In this document: positions 12,757 to 25,028 of the stretch, piece after piece | Layout: each line of letters begins with the position of its first letter | How positions within the stretch are numbered: position 1 is the first letter of the stretch | NCBI RefSeq assembly: GCF_006345805.1 | Contig: NW_021833025.1 | Coordinates: 62,001 to 126,000 of the forward strand | Direction of reading: 5' to 3' | Length of the DNA stretch: 64,000 nt | Source of the DNA: Octopus sinensis | Lineage: Eukaryota | Notes under the pieces: model-generated | The model's input: only the letters and a program-made list of their open reading frames with translations | Told to the model about the DNA's origin: nothing | Databases searched by the model: none | Made by a program: the position numbers and the translations under genes

Positions 12757-13066
12757 TATTTAATAACATTTACAAATAAAAAATTTTGTTCGTTTTTTAT
12801 TTTGGTTCAGATTATACTTTTGCCGTAAAAAGGCGGTAAATATATTTTTTTTGCAAAAATAAAAATATTAGTTATTGTTTATATATTGTTAAAATTCTAT
12901 TTAGATATTTTTTTTGATTCGTTTCTTGGAAATTTTAGGAAAAATGTAGTGTTCGTTTTTTATTTTGGTTTACTGTACATACTTTGGATACTGGGAAAGG
13001 TTTGTTAAATTCATTTTATTAGTAAGAAAAATTAAATTTTTAAAAGAAACAATATATTCTTATAAC

Positions 13067-16000
13067 TAGGGCAACCAAAAGTCATTAAAGTCATATCAAA
13101 AAAGAATTGTTAGTCTATTATTTCCATCATTTAAATTATTATTATTATATTTTTATTTACTTTCGATGTAGTTTTATAGGTCATTAATGTCATATTTTTT
13201 CCATAAAGTTATATTTTTTTCATTTAGTCATATAATTAAATTTACAAATTAATAATTAAGCACGCTTAAATATATAAACCTAAAAAATCAAATAAAAAAG
13301 AAAAATTTTTTTTTTTACCTAGAATTTCGAAATAGAAAAGAAAATGGAACAGGAAGTCAGCTACTAGCCGCAGAGAGAATAGAGAAACTGTTCCCCCTGA
13401 GTACGGCTATTGAGACGCGCTCAAAAAGCCGATTGACCTCGCGGGGGTCGTTTCTAATCCTCCCGAGGAGACGGCCTCTCTCGGTGAGAAAACGTAGCGT
13501 GGCTGGGCCGAATGTGCCTGATGTTTCGACTGAAACAGGCACAAAGAGGAATCTGTCGGCGAGCGAGGCGTACTTGTCTTTCTTCCGGGTCTCTGCCCTC
13601 CTCGCCGCTGTGCCAGCTTCGATCGCGGACGCGAGAAGGCATGTTGACGCAAAAGTGTCAGAGCATGTCGCGTCCCAGACGATCGCTTTGCCGCACTTGA
13701 ACGGGAAGAGCGAGACGCCGTCCGGCCTCTTGCCATCGCCCCTGTTAAGGCCAGAGGGCTCCAGCTGGCACGGGATGCCGGTTGCCTCGAGCAGACGCTT
13801 TATTATGGAATTAAGCTGTCCGTGCCTGGGGAACCTCCCAGGGCATTTGCGGCAGGAGAGCGGGTGTAGACCTTTGCGGTCTATATGAGCCCCGCAACGG
13901 CATTGGTGAGGCTGGCAAATGTCCAAGCCGAGTCGGAGAGATATTCCGATTCTCAAACAGTCTGGGTCCAGGAAGGTTCCAGCTGCAGGGGAAGGATAGG
14001 CGTTGATCCAGGCGCCAGTCCGTGGAGATGCTCCGAACAACAGACAAGCACGCCGGTGTTGGTCTCCGTGAGACAGTAAATACCGGAAAGACTGAGAGCT
14101 GCTGATCTCCGTCCACTCGCGCATAAGGCATAGGTCAACGGGAGTTTTTAGTCCGCAATCTGTCCACAACGATGTGCCGTATGAAAGCTCTGAGTCCGTG
14201 AGCGATCCAGAGGGAGGAGGAAGGATCTGGACTACGAGAGGCATGCATCGGTGAGAGGAAGAAAGAAAGCATGGCAAGGAGAGGACCGAGGGGGCTTGGA
14301 ATCCGAGACCCCCGTGCCTGATAGGCAGGATAGCCTGTTTCCAGCCCATTTCGTCAAAATGTACGTTTGAGATTTGAACGAGAGTATTCCTGAGCAGCGA
14401 ATCGAATTCTCCGACTGCATCCGGGAATTGGAAACAGGGAGAAGTGCGAAGTGCGTACTCCAAACGAGGAAAGGCAAGAAAGTTCTTCAGTAGAAAGAAA
14501 GCCACATGGGCGTCGATGGATTTAAGAGTGTCGAATGATTTTTCCATATTAAGAAGTTTAGCGCGGAGGAAAGATGGGATTCCGGACAAGAATAGAGGCG
14601 TACCGAGAAGAGTAAGTTCTTCGGGCAGAACGGTGCGTATGGCTGGGAGATGATGGTCGAACAGGGGCTGGATTTCCAGAGTAAAGAGTGCATGGTCGTA
14701 TCCAATATTGAAAATCTCTGATTTTTGTGGGTTCACGGTAAGGCCTATAGAAGCCAGTATCGGAGCCACATTGTTCAGGTCATTTACAACACTATCGGCC
14801 GGGCCTCCAATGGAGGCGTCGTCGAGGTACCAGACGTTGAGCTTAGAAGTGCACGAGCGGACCGCTTCATCGATGGCCAGCGAAAAAAGGAGAGGGCCGA
14901 GAGGATCGCCCTGTTGTACACCGGTGGCGGAAATAATGGTAGAAGAGCCGGAGATAAGAAGAGTAGGAGAGCCGTAGCTTTGGTGCACGAACCGATAAAT
15001 GGATGGGCAACGAAGAAAGCAAGATTCCAGCAAGTTCAATTTGTTAAACAATTGATGATTGCTTACGAAATTACCAAGTTGAGAGAAAAAACTTTGTTTT
15101 GTTGTTAACTGATGTTGCACCGTATATGATGTCAGTCACAATTAGCATACGTATATTTTATCCGAATATGATTCACCTTACTTGTTTCGCCCATTTACTT
15201 CATAATTGTGCACTAAAAGTGCGTTCTCACTATCAAGACATTGATTTCTTAATATCATCGATGAAGATTGTGACGCTTAAAAATAAAGTCGTCAAAAGCT
15301 TTTTTCAGAATTTGGTCTACCTCCAGATGTTGTTGTCACAAGATGGTGCAGCTGGCTTAATGCTGCAACATATTATTCAAAACATTTGAACAAAATCCGA
15401 AGGATTGTTTCCTCGTTCTCGAATAATGGAAAATTTGTTTTGAATGCAAAGAAGGCGATAGATTCTGATTCACTGGAGCGGAACCTAGCAAACATATCAT
15501 TTTACAACTGTCTAAGCGAAGGAATAAAGAAATGTGAAGATACTTTTTATACTGTTAAAGATGCTATTCAATGTATTAATTCTATCGACTTTGGGGAAGA
15601 TCCATGTGAGATTGCACAATATTTAAAAAAAGAACAAATTCAATGCCATGGAATAGCATTCAAGAAGCTAATTTGAGAGATTTCCCTCCTGAATTATTCG
15701 TGTATTTATGGAAATGTCCGGGAACCACATTATCTGTCGAAAGAAGTTTCTCGATGCTAAATAAACTTTTAGCAAAAGGCAGAAACTTCAAGGATAAAAA
15801 TATTAAACCTTATTTAATGTGTTATTTTAATTCTTAATGATATATAAGTTCCACTAGAACTGACGTAAGGTAAATGATTTATTAACCATGTTTTTCTGGG
15901 AAGTACGTGGTTGTTGGTAAAATCCCAGCCTTTTGGAAAATTTTATTTGAAATTTTGAATTTATGACTATTTTAATTTAGATCATTACAAGTCCAAAAAA

Positions 16001-16224
16001 TTTAAAAATAAGGTTTGTTACTAAAAATTAGGTTATTTTTAAATTTTAGTCCCGATTTTTGGTTCCCGCCTGCGAAAAAAAGGCCAAAAGATTGCTAAAT
16101 TTATCTGGCCATAAAGTCATATTTTCTAACCAATAAGGTCATATTTTCTAATTATAAGGTCAAAAAAGTCATATTTTTAAGGTCATATTTGAATCATTTT
16201 AAGGTCATATTTGTGGTTGCCCTA
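13067..16224 (+). mobile_element. hAT element (DUF659/CGGBP-type transposase) with nested CRE retrotransposon
   Basis: TIR TAGGGCAACCA. 8-bp TSD CTTATAAC at 13059-13066 and 16225-16232. Subterminal AAGGTCATAT repeats. Frameshifted transposase C-half at 15070-15837: TDVAPYM, HLTCFAHLLH, TRW, SVERSFS. Confidence 0.9.
13305..15035 (-). mobile_element. CRE-clade non-LTR retrotransposon, 5'-truncated, RT plus CCHC plus REL, poly(A) end
   Basis: Open ORF with GVQQGDPLGPLLF, WYLDD, CRCG..H..SC, KRPDG, WDATC, K.DKY, VETSG and RGN. GC-rich relative to the host. Confidence 0.9.
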
Positions 16225-17251
16225 CTTATAACTAAAAAGCAGAAATTATATGAAGAAGACGAATAATTTGAACTATGGTGGTCATTTATTCTAAAAAAGT
16301 CATGAAAAATATAAAATACGAATATCTAATTTTCACCTTTATGTATTCTTTATAGACCTTTGTCACCACCCTATTCCATGTCAATAAAAATGAGATTATC
16401 GTTACTTTTTAATAGTCGATCTGAAGAAATTATCGAGAAAATAAAGTTTAATTGTTGAGGTTCTTGTCTCTAATTTACTTTAAGCAATTGTAAATCTCAA
16501 AGAAGGTGCAGATCAGAGTTTCTCGCAGACTAAATGGCAGGAAATTACCTGATTGTTAAATTTTAAACAAGATACTCTCCAGATTTTCCTTAAAAACATT
16601 TGATTGCATATAAGCTTGTAGGGACTTATCCACACCCACCTATTTTAAGTAACCTTTGTGGTATTTGGTGACCAGTGGATCCTATGTCAGCAAGAGCTTT
16701 TACGGAGTGACGGACTGACATGGATTTTAGACTGGTGCACTAACCATAGCTCGTTTGTGAGGAGTCTTATTTCCTTCTCTTTTCCAATTCCACTATCTGC
16801 AAATAATCTGGGCATTTGATGCCTACCTAAAAGATTGCAATCTCCGAGATGACCTTATCGTAGACAACAATATTAAATTTGTTGTGCTGGACAACAATCA
16901 AAGTGCCTATTAGAATATCCATTTTAATACACACTTTCGAGTCCTCATACTCCGATTAAACTCTATGTGTTCCAAACCATACTTATTTGAAAGGAAAAGA
17001 TAGATGTATCTTACCAACTCGTAATGCATCCACGTGTAATCATAGTACAGCATACTTCACCACTCGTGTGTAAATGGTCAACAATCATCGCCTTACTCTT
17101 AAGAAACCACATGAATCATATATCAATAAACTAAATCACTACTAAATGGATAAAATAAACCAATCACATGAATAATTGTATCCTTAAAGGTCATAAAATG
17201 AAAAAAGCGAATAAAACTAGCAAATATTTATGTAGAATCACAGAAAACAAA

Positions 17252-18627
17252 TTAACTGGTAGAATCATCCTGTTCTTCAATGTTCTGACCAACCAATAAT
17301 CCATTTATGATATCATGGAATGATCGTCGAGCTACCAATGAAAATTATAATCTCACTATGGGAAGGCTCTTGATTTTGCTCAGGAATCTCAGGGACTTTC
17401 TCCCTATATATTTTTTCAATCAAGGAAAATCTAAACACAATCAGCGCAAATGAATACTTTGCATGAATTCCACCTCCAGGAGGAAGGAAATCAAACTGTG
17501 ACTCGCTTACAAACCTAAAAACACGATCAAGATACACTTTTGGACCCTCCTGCTCAATAACGGCTACAAATAATAAAATGTTCGAAATAAACCAGTAACC
17601 AACGAATTGATTTTTTCATCCAACATGCGACTTTGAATTACTACTTCCGAATTAATTGTAGGACACTTTGGAAATGATATAAAAATAACACTCATGTTAT
17701 CACGACTTCCCTAAATAGGTAATAAATTAAAAATACAACCCTATGGAAGCATGTATTTATTATAGAATTGCATATTTCTTCGTTATACTCTCCACACTGA
17801 AGGAGGTATGTCGTCAAAAGACAGAGATCCTCGTTGGAGATGACATCGAAAATACCATCGCATGCCAATATTATAAACTGGTCTGTTGAATATCGTTCCA
17901 TAATAGTAATGTCAGGTTCTGGGGAAACTTGTTGCTCTCTTGTTGGCAGTCCTTGAGTATTTTTGTAGTCAAAGTCTCCTATTGCTCGAGAAACAGCCAG
18001 CTGTCCGTTCACTCTTTGAAGCGACACAGTTCCACCAGCATTTTCAATTCTGAGTTTTTCAATTACATTATTAGGTTTGTGATCGACAGAAACAAATCGG
18101 AGGTCCCCACATCCCCCACACAGAACACACCGAGAGTCACCAACATTGATGAAAATGTAATGTTTGGGAGCAATTAAGACCGCCACGGCAGTTGTTCCAC
18201 TCTTCTCTGGATCTGGTTTTCCGAGAGGCTCGAGAAACTTAATTCGCAGTTCGTCGTCAAAATTGATATATGTCTTTGAAATACTCTCTTCCAGAGCTTG
18301 GAAAGCACTTTGGAGTTGATCTGTCTCCATGTCATTTTGAAGAGATTCCATGTATGCCTCCGCAGCCTGAGTAAAAGAATCCTCTGATAAAAGTCGTTGA
18401 ATTAGCTGTTCAGCACAATGATTGGCTGCAACTGATCCAGCGTGTCCATCAAAAACTGCAAAAAACGACCAATCTGATAGTGGCTCTGGAAGGGTAACAA
18501 AAGACGAATGTGCATCTTCCATCTCTTGCCTCCAACCTTGCATGTGACTTAGTGCATATGTCATGTTGTTTCCTTGACCGGAGGAAGTTGTTTTGTCCGT
18601 TTTGGGTTTAGAAAGAAAGACGCCCAT
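17252..18627 (-). CDS. PPM1A: Protein phosphatase 2C (PPM1A/B orthologue), 5 exons
   Basis: MGVFLSKPKTDK, SHMQGWRQEMEDAH, VFDGHAG, DHKP, LAVSRAIGDFDYK, LACDGIFDV, then after micro-introns GSRDNMSV and LPPGGGIHAK. Confidence 0.95.
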
Positions 18628-19099
18628 CTAAGCTGATTATGTACAAATGTTAATTAGTTTAATAAAAAAATATAAATAAATTTATATCTAGACTAAAGTT
18701 AAAATTGATAATAAACTGTATTCAATTATTTTTCATGCCACAAGAAACAAACATGATTAATAGGAAGCGTAATTAAGACACAATAACTAAAAATATAAAT
18801 AGGCCAACCGTTTCAAAAATTTATAAAATAAAGATTTAAAAATATATATTAAATAAATTAATAATATTTGCATAGGTATTAATTTATATGATTTAAAAGA
18901 ATACCTTTAACAATAAGACATTACGACAACCAGATAGATTAAAATGATATCCAATGGAAACAAAATTAAATTAAATAATTATTTATTCTAAAATGATATT
19001 TTTTATAAGCCAAAGTGTACAGCCAAAGTGTTCTTGTCTCTTCAGTGTGCGTTTTGAAAATAATTTTCTGATCTTATTCAAGAGTGATTTTGTCCACTT

Positions 19100-19230
19100 A
19101 CCGATGACACTACTTGTATCAAATCAAAGTGAAACAAATTTCCACATTTTTCTTGGAAGATTAATGAAATGAATCCCAGATACACGTTTTCTATGGCAGT
19201 AGAGACATAAAAATATTCTACGTTTTCGCT
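19100..19230 (+). mobile_element. Possible Penelope-type RT remnant
   Basis: DDT..NEMNPRYTFSMAVET..ILRF resembles the PLE RT motif LNxxHPxIKFTxExE..LPFLD. Short and decayed. Confidence 0.35.
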
Positions 19231-19763
19231 ATCTTTTTTTGTTATCTATTTTTTTGAAATCAATAGTGAAATCGGGAAGCGTACACATCTTGGATCTTCA
19301 CGGAGCCTAATAACTATTGCTAGACCAACTGGCTGCCCCAAGGATTTCATTTGCTATCTTTCAGGAAAAATGTTATTCAATTTTTTAGCAGACCCTGTCA
19401 TCAATATTTTTATTTTACGATAAATGAATGATGTTTCTTATGTAACGCGAAACCGAGAGAACGAAAATACATTATTTGGTTAAAAAAAACAATCTTTTTA
19501 TGAGACTTAACATACCCTCTTTGTATTGTTGCTCGTTTCCAAAAACCCCGAATTATCTGTCAATGTTGAAAGTCCTTATTCTCTGTTTAATCAAAGCGCC
19601 TATCGTATCAATCGAGTTTGCTTTTAGGTCGTCTTGCGGAGTATCCACTCAACGCTTGAAGGCTAACTTCATAGCATATCTTCTTGTTTTGTCAAAAATG
19701 TCAATAATCCGATGTTTTACGTTGGAAAACATCCAACTTTTGCATCCATATAAAAGTCATAAT

Positions 19764-20360
19764 TAGGGAAAGTTTTTTCTAGCACTTAAAAAAAATTTTT
19801 AGCGCTAAAAAATCACAAAATCTAGCATTTATAATTAAAAAAATTAGCACTTAAAATAATCAAATCTAGCATTTAAAATTGTAAAATATGACGGCCTAAC
19901 GACATTTAAATTTTATTTATTGTAATATAATATAAAGTAATGCTTGATATTGTTTGGATCGAAGTTCCCATCCTTTTTTAAAATATTTTTCGGCATTTTA
20001 ATTGCTCTTTCAACAAATGCAGAGGATGCCTGACAGCATGAAAGTAAAAAATAATCTTGTTGGCTAATTTTCGGTTCAGTCATTTCAATAATAGATTTAA
20101 ATTCATTTTCCTCTATTCTTTTATTCATATAATTTTTAATATTTGCCTTGTCATCATAAAAATTTAGTCCTTTTATATCATAATATGCCCGATTGATTGA
20201 GTAGTCGAAGCATTTCGAAACTAAGAAGATTTATTATTTGTAAATAATTGGATATGATCTCCGTTAATTTAAGTTTAATATCGGGATCAATTACATGATC
20301 TTTAGCATTTTATACTAAAACTCCATCTGACTGAAATCTGTTAACAATTTCACAAATACA
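19764..20360 (-). mobile_element. hAT (DUF659-type) 3' remnant
   Basis: TAGGG terminus followed by repeated TAGCA(C/T)TTAAAA. C-terminus SCCQASSAFVERAIKM..NFDPNNIKHYFILYYN parallels 15643-15837. Confidence 0.7.
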
Positions 20361-20364
20361 CACG

Positions 20365-20985
20365 CACAGGACGAATGGGACAGGATTCTCTGTGATCAGA
20401 AGTCGAACAATCTCAAGCCTAAGCTTAACCAACATCGCTTGGCTTGTTTATTGGCTGCCTCGCAACCATATTCGGGGGCTTGGTTGACCGCCATCCCTAT
20501 GGGATCGATTGGAACCTTATTGGACGATGATTGCCTGAGGATCGGCGTCTCATTGCGCCTGGGGCTAAACGTATGCCAAGAACACCGGTGCCGCTGTGGA
20601 TCGACTGTTGACCCCTTTGGATTGCACCCATTATCGTGTCAGAGAAGCTCCGGACGCTTTCCCCGACAGGCTGCCCTTAACGACATAATCAAGCGTACTC
20701 TTGAAACTGGCGGATTCCCATCATACTTGGAACCGGTCGCCCTGGTTCGGGAGGATGGTAAACGTCCTGACGGCCTAACGACTTTTCCCTTCGAAAATGG
20801 CAAGTCGCTCATATGGGACGCAACTCGCACGGACACCTTCTCCGCCGGAAACATCTTTACGTCAGCCGCAGAGCCGGGGTCCGCAGCCAACCTTGTGAAA
20901 ACATCAAAAGTCAAGAAATACAGTGTATTATCGCACCGTCATATCTTTACCCCGATCGCAGTGGAGACGTCGGGAGTTCTCGTTA
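20365..20985 (+). mobile_element. CRE-clade retrotransposon fragment (zinc knuckle plus REL)
   Basis: SGAWL..LRLGL..HRCRCG..HPLSC..GKRPDG..WDAT..PIAVETSG. Confidence 0.88.
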
Positions 20986-21108
20986 AATATTAAATAACAG
21001 ATTATTTTGATTTCTCATTTGAGTTAAAATTGAAATAAATGTCAGAAGTATTTTACAAATTATTTTGAAATTCGTGAAATAATATTTCGCTGCTTTAAAC
21101 CAACTTCT

Positions 21109-21566
21109 TAAACCACGCAGACAACCTACTTCACAAATGCGAAAAAAATTGAAAATCCTCCAAACTCTATCCGGCAAATGGAAAAACGGTTCGCACCCGG
21201 TACTGGCGAATATCTACCGCCAGTACTTCGAACGTTTCATCGCCTACGCCTGGGGATCATGGGGTCCGCGGTTATCGTGGTCCAACAGGAGGCGAATCGA
21301 GGAGACCCAACAAAGGGCCCTCAGATTAACCGATCGTTGGTCGCATGATAGCGAACGCCCCGGTCCAGCTTCTCTGGAAGACCTTATCAAGCTGAATCTC
21401 GGTCCGTCAGCAAACGCCCCGTCAAAAACGGCCTGCCGCCCGGTGCGATTTTGTGTGGGCTCGTGGAAAGATCACCGAGCGAAGATGAGGTCTCTGGTCA
21501 AGTGCATCGGGATAACGTGACTTTTGTTTGACTCTCATCGTGGTCTTGGCGGTTAAATAAATAAAA
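21109..21566 (+). mobile_element. 5'-truncated LINE with (TAAA)n tail
   Basis: 13-bp TSD TAAACCAACTTCT at 21096-21108 and 21567-21579. IYRQY..YAWGSW..IEETQQRALR. The 3' UTR motif is shared with 4857-4920. Confidence 0.85.
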
Positions 21567-21697
21567 TAAACCAACTTCTGCATCTGCATAAATTAAGAAA
21601 AAGAATACCTAGTAATTACCACATCAGGTGGGTATTCTACATCCTTGAACAACTTACAACGTTTTCGGTTTTTTACTTTTTCAGCTTTAATGGTTTT

Positions 21698-21772
21698 GTT
21701 TGTCGATGTGGGTCACCTTCTCGTGGTGGCAAATGATAGTTTCTCATGGAATTAACTACCAAAAGACCCACA
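21698..21772 (+). ncRNA. HDV-like self-cleaving ribozyme (Pr77-like 5' hallmark)
   Basis: P1 GTTTGTC/GGCAAAT with G1-U wobble. P2 TGTGGGTC/GACCCACA. P3 ACC/GGT. L3 TTCTCGT. P1.1 TC/GA. P4 TAGTT/AACTA. J4/2 CCAAAA. Confidence 0.85.
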
Positions 21773-24700
21773 ACCCCCCCCCCCTGTCGGATCGGATACC
21801 TTCCGTGACGTCGGTGGCAGCAGAGCAGGCGCGAAGCCGTTGCTCCAAGGACCTCTCTTTTACACTCCCAACTCGCCCTTCTCCTCTCCGGAGACATCGA
21901 ACAAAACCCTGGACCCGCCAGGAAGAACCTACTTCGTATCCTGCAAGTAAACATTAATGGGATCGCCCACAAGACCACTGAACTCTGTTCCTTCATGGAG
22001 AAGTACGACGTGGACATTGCTTTGGTGCAGGAAACGAAGCTCTCGCCCAAAAACCGCCTGCCCGATTTCCCGGGTTACTCATACATCCGGCGAGACAGAC
22101 CGAACTCCGTAAATGGCGGGGGCCTTTTAACCCTTATCAGAAAATCAATCCCTTTCTCTAACTGTACATCACAAGCTTACACACTAATCGATAACGACCC
22201 TGTAATTGAGCTGACGGCTATAACGGTCTCTACAGGGCGCTCAACCAGAAGGCTGATCAACATGTACATCCCTCCGTGTTCATCCTGTCCTCACGGTTGG
22301 ACCCCTTCAATACAAAACCTCCAGTCACTCAGTAATGTCTTTATCTGCGGCGATATGAACGCAAAGAGCCCGATTTGGCTAAAAAATCAATGCCTCAACT
22401 CAAGAGGAACTCTTATACTTGATCAACTTGACGGTCTGGTCATCCTCAACAACTCCTCATCCCATACCAGAACCCCGTCAAGATATGGCGACGCAATCTC
22501 CTCTCCCGACATCTCACTGTGTACTCCTATTCTGGCCTCCGTTACCTCCTGGAAGGTGGTTTATGACCTAACCAGTGACCATAACCCAATCATAATCGAG
22601 AATGCTCTAAAATCTAACATTGACCTACAACGCCGCTGTTACACTAACTACAAAAGAGCTTCCTGGGACGAATACCGCCTTGCCCTAGAAAACTCTCTGA
22701 ACGATTTCAACATCAACAGCTTTCGCTCGACTGATGCAGCAGTCAATCACCTTAATGCTCTCATCATTTCCACCGCCAAAAAATTCATCCCCCAAGGAAA
22801 AATTGAAAAGTTCCGCCCTAATTACAGCAACGAAGTGAAATCCCTCATAAAGACTCGCAACAAGCTGAAACAGACATCAAGGCACTCTGCCGAGTCCTCC
22901 ATTGAATTGGCTAACCTAAACAAACAAATCACCGCTGCCATTAACTGCACGCAGATTCTAAGTGGACCGAATTTATCACCTCAATCGACTACAGATCTAA
23001 CAGCTCCAAAATCTGGAAGACCCTGAAGGACATGAATGATCTGATTTATGAAAAGCCCAAGTCCCATGAATCTGCCACTTCTAACTCAAACATCCCACTG
23101 AATCCGGTTCAGGAGGCAAACTCGCTCATGAACTACTACGCCTCCTTAAGCCACAAAACCTCAAACAAAAACGATCGGAAGGTCGCCAAATCTCGGAGGA
23201 GCTTACCTCGCACGGAATCCTTACCGCCTTTCACTGCAGACGAAGTTTCGCAGTGTATAAAAAACTCGAAGAATTCCCCCGCCACGGGGCCTGACAACAT
23301 TTCTATCCACCACCTTAAAAGACTTGGCCCTAACGCCATCAACGCTATAGTGTCTATTTTCAACAATTCGGTTGTAAAAAACGAAATTCCATCTCTTTGG
23401 AAAAAATCACGTATCATCCCGTTAATCAAACCGAACAAACCGGCTGGCATTCCAAGCTCATACCGCCCAATCTCTCTTTTGTGCACGCTATCTAAAATCC
23501 TCGAAAGACTAATCCTTTCACGAGTCTCGAAGCACTTACCAACATCCCACACCCAACATGGCTTCAAACCACTGCACTCAACAACCACTCACTTAACAAC
23601 GCTTTCCCAGTTCGTCCTGGACGGCTTTAATGAGAAGAGGCCCCCTAAACGAACAGTTCTAGCTTCCATCGACATATCTAAAGCTTTTGACAGCGTCCCC
23701 CGTTGCGGTCTCACCAAGAAAATTCTCACGACCGGCCTAGACTCAAACTACAAATCCTGGCTTGCTAACTTCTTATCGGGCCGCATGGGCTACGTCTCCC
23801 TCATGGACCATTGTTCCAAACAACGCTATCTTCCAAACGGGGTACCGCAGGGCTCCGTGCTGTCTCCGTCCCTGTTCAATCTTTACTTGCATGACTTCCC
23901 GGCAAACGACCCTAACAACTTGACACTATCTTACGCTGACGACATTATTATTGCCTCAAAACACGAAGACTACAAAGCTGCCTCCTTCAACCTTCAGCAA
24001 CAACTCCACTCCGTTGAGAATTGGCTCAGAGAAAACAGGCTCGAGGCCTCGTCCTCCAAGTCCTCGGTCACCCTATTATCTTCCGACAGAAGACAATCAA
24101 ACATACATCCCATCCTATCTCTCTTGGCTCTGTTCTCCCACTATCAAAACACCCCACTGTTCTCGGACTAACCTTCGACCCAACGATGTCCTTCAACAAA
24201 CATGTCTCGAAGATCTCTGGCAAGGCTAACAGGCGTACAAATATCCTGAAAGCAATAAGTGGTCACATCACTGGTGCGCAGAAACCACTTCTCAAACGTG
24301 TGTATAAACAATACATTCGCCCTGTCCTAAGCTACGCGAGTCCGAGTTGGGCTCCCTGTCTATCTATGAGCTCCTCTTTGGCTCTCCAATCAATTCAAAA
24401 CAAAGCCATGCGCATCATATCCGGGTGCCTGAAATCAACACCCATCGACCATCTGCACTGTGAAACCAACCTCCTCCCGATAGAGGAACATCTAAACATG
24501 AGAGGAGCACAATTCCTATTCGCTTCGCGAAAATTCTACCACCCTTGCACTGCCCTAAACACGCTAAATGACAACGGCCGTGCTTTGAAGAACACGCCTG
24601 CCAAACTATACTCCCGGGTACTTGCCAAAATCAATGGCCTAAACCAATGTTCACAGCCAATGAAAAAAATCCACGACTTCATTTCAACGTCGTCCATTCT

Positions 24701-25028
24701 AAAGCTGAAGCCTAACTCTGTCCTCAACAAACTCCCTCCGGAAGTTCACCCCTCCGAATTGCTTCTGGAGCGTTCCGCTCAGATCAACCTTGCTCGTTTC
24801 CGCTCGGGCCACCACCACTCACTAAACTCCTACGCTCACTCATTGAACGCCGTGATCTCCCCGGTATGCAACCTCTGCTGTGCCGAAGATCACTCAACTG
24901 ACCACCTTTTCCGCTGCCCTGTTCTCCTCCCTGTCCGCAGGAAATTTGCTGTCCACTCCCCCGAGGTCCTTTGGGAGCAACCCGCGAAGGCGCTGTTGTT
25001 TCTGCTAGCCGCCGGTCTCATACCTTAA
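21746..25028 (+). pseudogene. Vingi polyprotein: leader-2A-APE-RT-CCHC, with one in-frame TGA (21806) and two frameshifts (~22950, ~24120)
   Basis: The ATG at 21746 is in frame with LALLLSGDIEQNPGP (ending 21916) and with ORF 21995-23026. It continues in ORFs 23032-24171 and 24021-25028. Confidence 0.85.

Larger units (their letters stand above)
8494..12975 (-). mobile_element. Tc1/mariner element (partly deleted) carrying nested R4-like and pogo insertions
   Basis: ~100-bp inverted repeats at 8494-8595 and 12870-12975, the right one ending ..GGTTTACTG|TA. Only the N-terminal HTH of the transposase remains, at 11311-11619 (GKTYREI..GSGRPRLL). Confidence 0.82.

Noticed and set aside
13407-15108. 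Numerous overlapping ORFs in GC-rich blocks (also 31789-33733)
   Set aside because: Shadow frames of GC-rich CRE coding sequence.
21655-21686. Minus-strand CTGAAAAAGT..ACCGAAAACGTTG resembling a Penelope hammerhead core
   Set aside because: Conserved core positions are altered and there is no flanking helix. At best a dead remnant.
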